A DNA stretch of 64,000 bases from an uncultured Christensenellaceae bacterium (GCA_944376795.1 CALWDW010000015.1:2127-66126), one strand, 5' to 3'; positions 35,809 through 45,582 are shown, numbered from the stretch's first letter. The notes: generated by a model from the sequence alone, not told the origin. Made by a program: numbers and translations.

Positions 35809-37487
35809 ACCAAATCCTCCGATTCTTGGGGCTGGGCGGGCGCCTCCTCACTGGGAACAGGCGCCATCGGCAGCAGCACCTCCATCGACGTCCCTTCCCC
35901 CAGCTGGCTCTTCACCTGGATGGAGCCGCCATGGGCCTGCACGATGCCCTTGACAATGGACAGGCCCAGCCCTGTGCCCCCGGTGTGCCGGGAACGCGCC
36001 TTGTCCACCCGATAAAACCGGTCAAAAATCTTGGTGATATCCTCCTGGGCGATGCCGATGCCGTTATCCTGCACCACCAGCTGTACCTGGGTATCCGCCC
36101 GGTGGACGCTAACCATTACATGCCCCTTCTCCTGGGTGTATTTGATGGCGTTATCTACCAGGTTTGTGATCATCTGCTCCAGCATCATCCGGTCGCCCAG
36201 GACGTAGAGATTCCGCGCAATATCGGTCTCCAACACAATGCCCTTTTCACTGGCCAGCTTCCCCAGCTTCAGCGTAACCTCCATAGCTAGGCTGGAGATA
36301 TGCACCTCCTGGGTATAGATGGCGTCAGCCTCATCCTGCTTTACCAGCGCCAGCAATTCGCTGATCAGCTGGCTCATCCGATCGATTTCCGAATTGATAT
36401 CCCCCAAAAACTCATGGGCCATGGCGGGATCCAGGTTCTCCTCATGGAGCATGGTCTCCACCAGGATCTTCATGGAAGCCAGCGGCGTCTTCAGCTCGTG
36501 GGATGCATTGGAAACGAATTCCCCTCGGGACTGATCCAAGTTCTCCAGTTTCTCGGTTACGGCGTTGAAGGTCGCGGCCATTTCAGCCATTTCACTGCGC
36601 CCCCGCACCTTCACCCGGTGAGAAAAATCCCCCTGCCCAATCAGGCGAATACTCTCGGTCAGAGACCGGAGCGGTTTGATCAGCGCCCCAGATACCAGAA
36701 TATTGAACAGCATGGCCACCGCCGCCACCAGCAGAGAGACCAGGGACATCTGGAGGCTAATATTCTCAATCTGGTCCATCAGCGACTGAATGGAAATGGA
36801 AAGCACCACCGCCCCAGCGATGGCGTTATCGGCCATAATGGTCGCCGCTCCATACACCACCGTCTCCTCGCCGCGACTGCCTGCCGTCAGCCAGCGCTGC
36901 AGCATACTAACAAGACCGGTGCCCGAGGCCTCGGTCTTGTTGGTACTCGCCGTAAGGGTATGCATCCCCCACGCAAAGCTCTGCTGTCCGGAGAGCACCG
37001 CTTGGGTTTCCAGGTAGGGAAGGCGCCGTCCGTTATACTGAGAATACGCGTCCATCAGCACCGTGCCGCTGGGATTGACCACCAGCAGGGCGGCGCCCAG
37101 GCTATTGGCCTCGCTTTTTAGGTAGCTGTAAAGCCCCTCCGCATTGTGTTGTGAGAGATAGGGAGCCGCCTCCACGGCAATGCGCTCGGCCTGGGTGCGG
37201 ATCTGCTGGATCTGCTGATCCATGAAATAGCTGCGCACCACTTGGGATACCCAGAACTGAAAGGCGCCAAAACAGATGAGTATCAGCACCAGATAAAAGC
37301 CGGCAATCCGCCAGCGGATGCTGAATATGCCCGGCCTATTGCCCTTAGCTGCACGCAGTACGCTACTTATCCGTGAAATAATAGCCCACTCCCCATTTAG
37401 TGAAGATATATTCCGGCTGCCCGGGGTTGGTTTCGATCTTCTCCCGTAGGCGGCGGATATGAACGTCCACCGTCCGCAGATCGCCAA
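35805..37487 (-). CDS. Sensor histidine kinase (2 TM, HAMP, HisKA, HATPase_c)
   Basis: The H-box is SHELKTPL, the N-box is DNAIKYT and the G-boxes are DNGIGI and GGTGLGLSI. The 5' end is uncertain. The only canonical in-frame start is TTG at 37487, which overlaps the regulator gene by 125 nt. Confidence 0.85.
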   Translation of the reverse strand: MAICGRWTFISAAYGRRSKPTPGSRNISSLNGEWAIISRISSVLRAAKGNRPGIFSIRWRIAGFYLVLILICFGAFQFWVSQVVRSYFMDQQIQQIRTQAERIAVEAAPYLSQHNAEGLYSYLKSEANSLGAALLVVNPSGTVLMDAYSQYNGRRLPYLETQAVLSGQQSFAWGMHTLTASTNKTEASGTGLVSMLQRWLTAGSRGEETVVYGAATIMADNAIAGAVVLSISIQSLMDQIENISLQMSLVSLLVAAVAMLFNILVSGALIKPLRSLTESIRLIGQGDFSHRVKVRGRSEMAEMAATFNAVTEKLENLDQSRGEFVSNASHELKTPLASMKILVETMLHEENLDPAMAHEFLGDINSEIDRMSQLISELLALVKQDEADAIYTQEVHISSLAMEVTLKLGKLASEKGIVLETDIARNLYVLGDRMMLEQMITNLVDNAIKYTQEKGHVMVSVHRADTQVQLVVQDNGIGIAQEDITKIFDRFYRVDKARSRHTGGTGLGLSIVKGIVQAHGGSIQVKSQLGEGTSMEVLLPMAPVPSEEAPAQPQESEDLV

Positions 37488-38049
37488 GGTAATCGTATTT
37501 CCACACGGTCTCCAGCAGCTTCTCCCGGCTGAAAACCTTACCTCGGTTGGTCATAAAGAGCTTCAGCAGGTCAAATTCCTTGGCCGTCAGATTGATCTGA
37601 CGGTCACCGATGGTGACCGAGCGGCTGTCCAGATTCATCCGCAGATCCCGCATGACCAGCACTTGAGGCTCGGCGGGCGCGGCCGCCTTGGCCCGGCGCA
37701 TGATGGTCTTAATCCGGGCCTTGACCTCCAGGATATTGAAGGGCTTGGTCATGTAATCGTCCGCGCCATACTCCAGGCCCAGGATTTTGTTCATATCCTC
37801 GCCCTTGGCGGTCAGCATGATGATGGGCACATCGCTGCTCTGCCGAACCTGCTGGCAGACCTGCATGCCGTCTACCTTGGGCAGCATGACATCCAGCAGG
37901 ATCATATCATATTCATGGGCGCCGATCTTTTCCAGGGCCTCTTCCCCGTCATAGGCTGCGTCCACGGCGTAGCCGTCCTGCTCCAGGCTGAACTTGAGTC
38001 CCTTGACAATCAAGGGCTCATCATCGACGATCAGAATCTTCTTGGGCAT
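37363..38049 (-). CDS. OmpR/PhoB-family response regulator
   Basis: 228 aa. The receiver is ILIVDDE...LLDVMLPKVDG...TAKG...KPF, with a C-terminal winged helix (VDVHIRRLREKIE...GVGY). Confidence 0.92.
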   Translation of the reverse strand: MPKKILIVDDEPLIVKGLKFSLEQDGYAVDAAYDGEEALEKIGAHEYDMILLDVMLPKVDGMQVCQQVRQSSDVPIIMLTAKGEDMNKILGLEYGADDYMTKPFNILEVKARIKTIMRRAKAAAPAEPQVLVMRDLRMNLDSRSVTIGDRQINLTAKEFDLLKLFMTNRGKVFSREKLLETVWKYDYLGDLRTVDVHIRRLREKIETNPGQPEYIFTKWGVGYYFTDK

Positions 38050-38252
38050 AACGCACCCTCCTTTTCGTACCTTCTATTAAACCATGAAAGCTAAGATTTT
38101 GCAACTGCGGCCGGCTGGCTTCGCTAGGGCCGCGGCCAGCCCCTTTTACAGAAAAAGGAAAGAATTTGTCAGGGAATCCATTGGAAGGGGTGCAACGGTT
38201 CCTAACTTATGGTATAATGGCTGGGTACTATGGAAAAGGAGGCGAACTCCCG

Positions 38253-39806
38253 ATGAAAAAAGGCATGGCCTTGCTGCTTGGCCTGATGCTGGCGCTATGC
38301 ATATGGGGCAATTCCGGAGCCCTTGCCGATACCGTTCCCACCATTACCCCGCACCCCACCCTGCCCAGCAGCCAGGTGGACGGCACCACCTTCAAGGACA
38401 GCGCCCTGCACTGCCGCAGCGCCATCCTGGTGGACCAGACCACGGGTACCGTGCTGTATGAGCTGGACGCCGACAGCAAGCAGTACCCTGCGTCCATCAC
38501 CAAGATCATGACCTGCCTGCTGGCCCTGGAGTACAGCGAGGGTACCGCCGACGGCCTCCAAGAGAAGGTGACGGTGGCTCCCTTTGATCCAATGCGCAGC
38601 GACTATACCCAGATTGGCATGGTGGAGGGTGAGGTCTACACCCTGGAGCAGCTCCTCTACGGGCTGATGCTTGCCTCCGGAAACGACGCAGCCGTCGCCA
38701 TTGCCGACCATATTGCAGGCAGCATCTCCAACTTTGCCGACCTGATGAACGCCCGCGCCCAGGAGCTGGGCATGACCGGCACCCATTTCGTCAATCCCAA
38801 CGGCATCCATGACGATGATCACTATACCACCGCCCGGGATATGATGCTTCTCACCCGGGAGGCCATGCGCAACGAAACCTTCCGCACCATTGTGGCCACC
38901 CGTACCTATACCTGCCCCGCCACCAACAAGAACCCAGAGCGCAAGTGGATCAATACCAACCGTTATTACGGTATCCGGTATCCTGAATACGAATGGGAAC
39001 CCGCCATCGGCGTCAAAACCGGCTACACCAACGCGGCCCTGAACACCTTCGTATGCGCCGTATCCTACGAGGGCCGGGAGCTGATCGGCGTTACCATGGG
39101 CTTTCCGGACACCGACAGCCGCTTTAACGAGACCAAGACGCTGATGCGCTACGGGCTGCGGTACTTTGACAATATGGACCTGCGGGCCGTCGCCCAGAAG
39201 CAGCAGCTCACCCTTACCATACCCAATGCGGAGAGCGGCGGGCCTGTCGCCGTTTCCATTGCTCCGGGAGACCCCGTCTACGCCACGCTTCCCGTAGCCG
39301 ATACCGATGCTCTGACCCTGGATCCAGGAAAGCTTACCGTGCAAATCACGCCGGTGGAGAATCTCAGCGCCCCTGTAACCCAGGGCAGCGTGGTAGGCAC
39401 AGCAGAGCTCAGCTATAACGGCACCGTCTACGGCACCGTGGACGTCACGGTGAACGAGAATGTCGCTGTCAGTCCCACCGCGCTTCTCACCCCTGATCCA
39501 GCTGCCACCCAGGCTCCTGAGGGAACGTCCCTTTCCAATCCCAACAATACCCTAGCGCCCGCCACGCCCCCCTCCAGCACCTGGAGCAAGCTGCGGCAGA
39601 CGCTGCTGGTGGTCATCGGGATTCTCCTGGTTCTCATCGCCGGCGCGGTCATTTATCTGAAGCTCATTCCTGCCATCACCGGACGGAACCGCCGCTCCCG
39701 TGCACGCATGCAGCACTCCGCCAGCGTGGCCGCCCGGCGCACCTATTATGACCAGCGCGGCCGCCGTTCTTCCGACCCCTATACCCGCGGCCGGCGCAGA
39801 CGATAG
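38253..39806 (+). CDS. Serine-type D-Ala-D-Ala carboxypeptidase (PBP5/DacB-like, peptidase S11)
   Basis: The start is trimmed to the ATG at 38253, after AAGGAGG. It has a signal peptide and the motifs SITKIM (SxxK), SGND (SxN) and KTGYT (KTG). The C-terminus carries a TM segment and an Arg-rich tail. Confidence 0.9.
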   Translation: MKKGMALLLGLMLALCIWGNSGALADTVPTITPHPTLPSSQVDGTTFKDSALHCRSAILVDQTTGTVLYELDADSKQYPASITKIMTCLLALEYSEGTADGLQEKVTVAPFDPMRSDYTQIGMVEGEVYTLEQLLYGLMLASGNDAAVAIADHIAGSISNFADLMNARAQELGMTGTHFVNPNGIHDDDHYTTARDMMLLTREAMRNETFRTIVATRTYTCPATNKNPERKWINTNRYYGIRYPEYEWEPAIGVKTGYTNAALNTFVCAVSYEGRELIGVTMGFPDTDSRFNETKTLMRYGLRYFDNMDLRAVAQKQQLTLTIPNAESGGPVAVSIAPGDPVYATLPVADTDALTLDPGKLTVQITPVENLSAPVTQGSVVGTAELSYNGTVYGTVDVTVNENVAVSPTALLTPDPAATQAPEGTSLSNPNNTLAPATPPSSTWSKLRQTLLVVIGILLVLIAGAVIYLKLIPAITGRNRRSRARMQHSASVAARRTYYDQRGRRSSDPYTRGRRRR

Positions 39807-39832
39807 CTTACCGCCAAGGAGCGTGATCTGCC

Positions 39833-40804
39833 ATGTCTGAGAATCTCTTGCTGCAAGCCATGAACTATGCCCACCCGGCCCGCCTTCCTGTACTGTGCGG
39901 CATACTGCCCGCCGCCTGGATCCGCCACGGTGAGGAGCTCATCCGCCTGGCACAGGAGTATCCGGACATCATACCCAGCGTGCCCGACCTGGATCAGATC
40001 CATACCACCATGCCCGACAGCTACCATGCAGGCAGTTTCACCGACGAATGGGGCTGCCGTTGGGAAAACCTGGAGGAGGGCATGGAATCCATTGTAACAG
40101 GCCACCCCCTTCCTCACAGGGAAGATATCCGCACCCTCCAGATCCCGTCCAACCGGGACGGGCGTCTGCCTCATGGCTTTATGTACCTACGCCTCTTGGA
40201 TCTGCGGGGCTTCGAGGAAGCCATGATTGACTTCGCCGAGGAGTGTGAAGAGCTGCAAATTCTCATTGATAAGGTCCTGGAGTACAATCTCTACCAGGTA
40301 GATGCCGCCCTGCCCCGCACGGGAGAAATCATGTACTTTGGCGATGATCTGGGTATGCAGAACGGCCTGGCCATCGGCGCTCCCAAGTGGCGCAAATATC
40401 TAAAGCCCTGCTACAAGGCCCTGTATGACCGGGTTCACGCCACCGGGCGGTATGTCTACATGCACACCGACGGCCTGATCTACCCCATCATCCCCGACCT
40501 CAAGGAGTGCGGGGTCAACATGGTCAATCCCCAGTACCGGGCCAACGGCCTGGATAACTTGGTTCGGGTCTGCCGGGGAAAGATGCCCGTCTGTTTGGAT
40601 CTGGATCGGCAGCTTTTCCCCTTCGCCACTCCTTCGGAGCTGGACGATCACGTCCGGGAGTGCGTAGAAGCCCTCTATCTGCCGGAGGGCGGCCTGGCCA
40701 TCAATCTGGAGCTCAACTATGAGATCCCGCTGGAGAACATAGCGGCCCTGCTGGCGGCCGTCCGCAAATACCGGGAATACAAGGGGCCCTATGTCCGCCT
40801 GTAG
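39833..40804 (+). CDS. Uroporphyrinogen decarboxylase (URO-D) family protein
   Basis: 323 aa. The central-to-C-terminal pattern YFGDDLGMQNGLAIGAPKWRKYLKPCYKALYDRVHATGRYVYMHTDG...MVNPQ resembles URO-D/MtaA-like TIM-barrel proteins. The substrate is unknown. Confidence 0.65.
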   Translation: MSENLLLQAMNYAHPARLPVLCGILPAAWIRHGEELIRLAQEYPDIIPSVPDLDQIHTTMPDSYHAGSFTDEWGCRWENLEEGMESIVTGHPLPHREDIRTLQIPSNRDGRLPHGFMYLRLLDLRGFEEAMIDFAEECEELQILIDKVLEYNLYQVDAALPRTGEIMYFGDDLGMQNGLAIGAPKWRKYLKPCYKALYDRVHATGRYVYMHTDGLIYPIIPDLKECGVNMVNPQYRANGLDNLVRVCRGKMPVCLDLDRQLFPFATPSELDDHVRECVEALYLPEGGLAINLELNYEIPLENIAALLAAVRKYREYKGPYVRL

Positions 40805-40880
40805 CCCCGCTGCATGCCCCCGCCCCGGCAATCCCGCGCCGGGGCGCTTTTTATCCGCCACCCCAAGATCGGAGGAACCC

Positions 40881-41177
40881 ATGGAAAAAGACCCGTCCAA
40901 AGAAATGAAACAGGCCTATTTTTTCCGCCACACGGCGTGCGAATATTTTCCCTGCCATGCCACCGCACATCCGGAGTCGTTTAACTGCCTTTTCTGCTAC
41001 TGCCCCCTGTATGCCTTGGGGGCGGACTGCGGCGGCCGCTTTGCCTACACGCCCAAAGGGATTAAGGACTGCAGCGGGTGCCTCCTGCCCCACCGGCAAG
41101 ACAGCTATTTTCTCATAGCAGAGAAATTTCCCAAGCTGGCCGAACTGGCCAAATCACAGGGGAAGGATTCACCTTGA
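40881..41177 (+). CDS. Cysteine-rich small domain protein (putative metal-binding)
   Basis: The start is the ATG at 40881, 5 nt after GGAGG. 98 aa with 9 Cys: ACEYFPCH...FNCLFCYCPLY...DCGG...DCSGC. Confidence 0.65.
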   Translation: MEKDPSKEMKQAYFFRHTACEYFPCHATAHPESFNCLFCYCPLYALGADCGGRFAYTPKGIKDCSGCLLPHRQDSYFLIAEKFPKLAELAKSQGKDSP

Positions 41178-42194
41178 TAGGACGTCTCCCTTTTCGATAT
41201 GGGCGGCCGTCCAGGCCTCCAGCCGGGGCAGCGCCTCCCGTATCGCGCTGACGCGGCGCTCCGCTTGCTGTGGCGTCCCCACTCCCAGTTCCATGAGAAA
41301 ATCTTCCAGCACAGGAAGCGCGTCCGCATAGGCCTCAGGTGCATCGGCCCGAAGGATCCGCAGGCAGCGCTCATAGGTTACGGCAATCCAAAACACGGCC
41401 TCCCGATGGTTCCCCTCTTCCACAAGGGCACGGCTTCCCCCGATGGCCACCTGCCGGGCTTGGGGGGTGATATCCCCTTGGAAGGGGAATGCCGTCCGCC
41501 GGACCTGGGCTGCCAGGTCAAAGATGGGTTCCAGCCGGTCCAGATAATCCTGGATCGGTTTTTTTTGCATGCCCTCGCAGCCCAATAGGGACAGAAGTTC
41601 CTCATACCGTTCCCCTTCTCCCCACTCCGCCAGCGCCTCCCGGGCCCGCAGATACCGCAGGCGCACCGTCGGATTCCGCAGGCCGGCCACCAGCACGGCA
41701 TGCGCGCAGATCCCCGCCGGAAAGAGCCAAGGGTTCACGGTATCCAGCAGCGACGCATCCTCCCGAAACCCGTCCAATCCTCGGCGGATCTTGGAGAAGA
41801 CCGCCTGGCATCGGGCCCCTGCCCAGCGAGGCTGGGCAAACCGCTCCGCCACGTAATCCGTCAGCGCTCCCAGCTCCCCTGTAGCGTCATAGAGGGGCGG
41901 CCGCCGGAAAGCGCCGGCAATTTCATAGGTCCGCAGCACCCGATCCCAGGGGCGCAGCCAGTCCGGGGACAGAAAGCTCACATCCAGCAGTACGCCCCGG
42001 TACGCAATCTTACCCGGCTTGTCCCCTTCCGGCGCCTCCGCAATGAGGTTGATATCCACGTCGGACGCCGGCCCCAGCTCTTCGTCCCCGCCCTCGGCTG
42101 CCGAACCATTGATCACGGCTCCCCACAGCCGGTGTCCTCTGGCATAGTCTCGCACCCATGCGGCCGCGATCTCCCGGGCGCTGCTTTTTTTCAT
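41169..42194 (-). CDS. Nucleotidyltransferase-fold protein (possibly DUF4037-type)
   Basis: The start is trimmed to the ATG at 42194, after AAGGAGA. It has the minimal NTase motif GSAAEG...SDVDINL, and the remainder is helical. The family assignment is tentative. Confidence 0.55.
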   Translation of the reverse strand: MKKSSAREIAAAWVRDYARGHRLWGAVINGSAAEGGDEELGPASDVDINLIAEAPEGDKPGKIAYRGVLLDVSFLSPDWLRPWDRVLRTYEIAGAFRRPPLYDATGELGALTDYVAERFAQPRWAGARCQAVFSKIRRGLDGFREDASLLDTVNPWLFPAGICAHAVLVAGLRNPTVRLRYLRAREALAEWGEGERYEELLSLLGCEGMQKKPIQDYLDRLEPIFDLAAQVRRTAFPFQGDITPQARQVAIGGSRALVEEGNHREAVFWIAVTYERCLRILRADAPEAYADALPVLEDFLMELGVGTPQQAERRVSAIREALPRLEAWTAAHIEKGDVLSR

Positions 42195-42256
42195 GGGCCC
42201 CGTCTCCTTTCCCTTTTTCGGGACAGATAGCAAAAGGCGCGGTAACGCGCCCTCCC

Positions 42257-42898
42257 TTATTTTTTCTTTCGTCTCCACGATCTCTTTTTGGCCACGACCA
42301 ATTCCTTTTCCTGTCCCAGGAAGAGGCGTTTGATGTTCTCCCGATGCAGGAAGAGCACCAGGATGCCTGCGCCCACGCCAAACCATGGCAGCGCCGGATC
42401 AGGCACATCCAGGAAAAAGAGCACAATGGGGTAGATCAAAAAGGCCAGCACCGATCCCACCGACACCCGCCGGGTTATGATCATAATGATGATGGCGATG
42501 ACGATGACAACGGCCGTGGCCAAGGGATTGAGCACCACAAACACCCCCGCGCCGCTGGCCACGCACTTTCCGCCCTTAAAGTGGGCGTATGCCGGAAAGG
42601 CATGCCCCAGCAGCACACAGCCGCCTGCCACATAGGCCGCCGCATAGGGGAAACCAATCTTGGGACCTATCCAAAGTCCCAGAAGCGTGGGCAGGGCGCC
42701 TTTCAGGAAGTCCACTACAAAGGTGATAATCCCCATTTTCCAGCCCATAACCCGGAGCATATTGGTGGTTCCCGCATTACCGCTGCCTTTTTTGCGGATA
42801 TCAAACCCGCCTACCACGCGGCTCATCAGTACCGATGGAGACAGGCTTCCCAACGCATAGCTGCCCAGGCCCAGCAGAATCAGCCACACCCAGTTCAT
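42257..42898 (-). CDS. plsY: Glycerol-3-phosphate acyltransferase PlsY
   Basis: 213 aa and polytopic. It carries the signature SGNAGTTN and the HAFP motif. Confidence 0.92.
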   Translation of the reverse strand: MNWVWLILLGLGSYALGSLSPSVLMSRVVGGFDIRKKGSGNAGTTNMLRVMGWKMGIITFVVDFLKGALPTLLGLWIGPKIGFPYAAAYVAGGCVLLGHAFPAYAHFKGGKCVASGAGVFVVLNPLATAVVIVIAIIIMIITRRVSVGSVLAFLIYPIVLFFLDVPDPALPWFGVGAGILVLFLHRENIKRLFLGQEKELVVAKKRSWRRKKK

Positions 42899-44232
42899 TA
42901 CGCCTCCTCCTTTTCCTGCCGCGAGCGGCAGACCAGCCGGATGGGCGTCCCCGTAAAGTCAAAGGACTTACGCAGATGATTCTCCAGGTACCGCTCATAG
43001 CTGTAGTGCATCAGCGCAGCGTCATTGACAAAGAGCACAAAGGTGGGCGGCAGCTCCTTGGCCTGGGTGGCATAGTAGATCTTCAGCCGGCGTCCGCTGG
43101 CAACCGAGGGCGCCTGGAAAGCCGTGGTTGCGTCCCGGAGCACATCGTTGAGCACCCCGGTGGAGATCCGCCGCCGTGTATTCTCCACCACCTCCCGCGC
43201 CAAGGGCAGCAGCCGTCCCAGCCGCTGTCCGCTCTTGCAGGAGATAAAGAGGATGGGGGCATAGGTCATAAAGGAGAGGGTGTCCCGCACCTTTCGCTCG
43301 TAGGCAGCCATGGTGCCCGTGTCTTTTTCCACCAGGTCCCATTTGTTGACCACAATGATCACCGGCTTGCCTTCTTCGTGGATGTAGCCGGCGATTTTGG
43401 CGTCCTGCTCGGCCACGCCGGCATCCGCATCGATCATCAGGAAGCATACATCGCAGCGCCGGACCGCCGTCAGGGCCCGCAGCACCGAATAGCGCTCCAG
43501 GGAGTCCTGTTCGATCTTGCTCTTGCGGCGCATGCCCGCGGTATCAATCAGGACATAATCATTCCCTTCCGCATCGGTAAAGGGCGTATCGATGGCGTCC
43601 CGGGTCGTCCCGGCAATATCGCTGACAATGACCCGGTCCTCCCGCAGGATGGCATTGACCAAAGACGACTTCCCGGCATTGGGGCGGCCCACGATGGCGA
43701 TCTGAACGGCCTCTGCAGCCCCCTCCTCTTCCTGGGCCGGCGGAAACTCGGCAATGACCGCGTCCAGCAGGTCGCCCAGGCCCAGCCCCTGTACCGAGGA
43801 GACGGCATAGGGCTCCCCCATGCCCAGGGCATAGTAGTCATACCGGGTATCAGCCTGGGCGGCCGAGTCCAGTTTATTGACCACCACGAGGGTCGGCTTG
43901 GCGCAGCGGCGCAGGTAGTCGGCCACATCATAGTCCTCGGCGGTCAGCCCCTGCTGCCCGTCCAGGAAAAACAGGATCACGTCGGCCGTCTCCGCCGCCA
44001 GGGTAGCTTGCTCTCGCATGTGGCTGTAGAGGACGTCGGTGCTGAAGAGCTCCAGGCCGCCGGTATCGATGAGGGTAAACGGACGCCCCAGCCACTCGCT
44101 GTCGGCATAGATCCGGTCCCGGGTCACGCCGGGGGTATCCTCCACAATGGCAATCCGCCGCCCTACAATGCGGTTAAAAAAGGTGGACTTGCCCACATTG
44201 GGCCGGCCCACAATCGCGACCAAAGGTTTCAT
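42898..44232 (-). CDS. der: Ribosome biogenesis GTPase Der (EngA)
   Basis: 444 aa with two tandem GTPase domains (GRPNVGKST and GRPNAGKSS) plus a KH-like C-terminus. Confidence 0.95.
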   Translation of the reverse strand: MKPLVAIVGRPNVGKSTFFNRIVGRRIAIVEDTPGVTRDRIYADSEWLGRPFTLIDTGGLELFSTDVLYSHMREQATLAAETADVILFFLDGQQGLTAEDYDVADYLRRCAKPTLVVVNKLDSAAQADTRYDYYALGMGEPYAVSSVQGLGLGDLLDAVIAEFPPAQEEEGAAEAVQIAIVGRPNAGKSSLVNAILREDRVIVSDIAGTTRDAIDTPFTDAEGNDYVLIDTAGMRRKSKIEQDSLERYSVLRALTAVRRCDVCFLMIDADAGVAEQDAKIAGYIHEEGKPVIIVVNKWDLVEKDTGTMAAYERKVRDTLSFMTYAPILFISCKSGQRLGRLLPLAREVVENTRRRISTGVLNDVLRDATTAFQAPSVASGRRLKIYYATQAKELPPTFVLFVNDAALMHYSYERYLENHLRKSFDFTGTPIRLVCRSRQEKEEA

Positions 44233-45551
44233 CTCTCCATCCCCTCACAATCCGCAAGCCCCGTCAGCGCCATCAGCAACGCGGCCCCGTCATTCTCCAC
44301 CGGGAGTACGGGGAAGCCCACCGCCTCCGCAAAGGCTTCCAGCGTTATATCGTCTAAAAATACATCCTCTCCGTCCCGAAGGCAGACCTGCGGAATCAGC
44401 AGCACATCGGCCTGCAAGCCCTGGATGGAATGCAGGATATCCCGCGCGGTCAGCAGCCCCGCCACAGTAATGGTGTCGCCAAAAAAGCGGTTTCGCACCG
44501 TGACCACCTGGCAGGAGAGTTCGGGGTACCGGTCCATCAGGCCGCGCGTCAGTTCCTCCATGGTGGAAGCCGCCGAAACACCGGTGGCCAGCAGCACCCG
44601 CCGCGGCCCATCCAGGCGGGGGGGAAGCTCCTCCAGCGCCGCCTCATATTCGGTGAGCAGATCATGGAAGAGCCCCACGCCGTTGCTCAGCTGGGGGGTG
44701 TGGCATCCATCCTCATACCGGGGCCAGGGCCGCCCCGCAAGCTGATAGCACTCGTCTGAGGCGTAGCAAAAGTGCTCCTGCTTTTCCTCCAGACAGCGAC
44801 GGGAAAAGGCTTCAATGGCATCGATGGTGCGGCCCATTTCCTCGGCAGTGGGGAGCCGCAGCCCTTCCAGGCCCTCCCGGAACCGGGTCAGCCCCACGGG
44901 CACCACCGCCACCGACTGGGCGGCCGGATAGAGGCTCCAAAGGTCCTCCAGCGTTCGCTGCAGCACCGGGCCGTCATTGTGCCCAGGGCAGAGCACCACC
45001 TGGCAGTGGAACTGGATTCCTCCCGCCTGCAGCCGACGCAGCTGCTCCATAATGGACGCGGCCCGGGGATTGCCCATCATAGCGGCGCGCACCGCGCCAT
45101 CGGTGGCGTGGACCGATATGTTCAGCGGCGAGACTCCCCGGTCAATGATGCGCTGGAATTCCCGGTCCCCCAGGTTGGTCAGGGTGACATAGTTTCCAAA
45201 AAGCAGGCTGTACCGCCAATCGTCATCCTTTCCGTAAAGGGATGGCCGCATATGACAAGGCATTTGATCCACAAAGCAGAAAATGCAGTGGTTGGCGCAC
45301 TGCCGCTCCGGCGGATAGACGGCATCCTCCATCTCCAGCCCCAGGGGGGTGTACGCCGGCTTGCGGATGACATACTGCCGCTCTACCCCATTCTCCCGGG
45401 CCAGAAGGGTCAGCTCGGCCATGCTCTCAAAGTATTCCAGGTCAATAAAGTCCCGAAAAGTTTCCCCATTGACCGATACCAGCTCCATCCCCGGCCGAAG
45501 GCCGGCACGGCCGGCAGGGCTCCGAGGCGCCACCGAGACGATGCGTATCAA
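44229..45551 (-). CDS. DUF512 domain protein (PDZ plus radical-SAM-like plus DUF512)
   Basis: The TTG start at 45551 follows GGAGGGAGG. The N-terminal PDZ-like region is SPAGRAGLRPGMELVSVNG and the Cys cluster is CANHCIFC. It sits upstream of der, as in many Clostridia. Confidence 0.8.
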   Translation of the reverse strand: MIRIVSVAPRSPAGRAGLRPGMELVSVNGETFRDFIDLEYFESMAELTLLARENGVERQYVIRKPAYTPLGLEMEDAVYPPERQCANHCIFCFVDQMPCHMRPSLYGKDDDWRYSLLFGNYVTLTNLGDREFQRIIDRGVSPLNISVHATDGAVRAAMMGNPRAASIMEQLRRLQAGGIQFHCQVVLCPGHNDGPVLQRTLEDLWSLYPAAQSVAVVPVGLTRFREGLEGLRLPTAEEMGRTIDAIEAFSRRCLEEKQEHFCYASDECYQLAGRPWPRYEDGCHTPQLSNGVGLFHDLLTEYEAALEELPPRLDGPRRVLLATGVSAASTMEELTRGLMDRYPELSCQVVTVRNRFFGDTITVAGLLTARDILHSIQGLQADVLLIPQVCLRDGEDVFLDDITLEAFAEAVGFPVLPVENDGAALLMALTGLADCEGMER

Positions 45552-45582
45552 TCGAACCTGCCTCCCTCCGTATAATAGAAAT

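Noticed and set aside
42835-44745. A 636-aa + strand ORF.
   Set aside because: It is antisense to der and DUF512, both of which have unambiguous family motifs. Its composition is G/R/P/A-rich.
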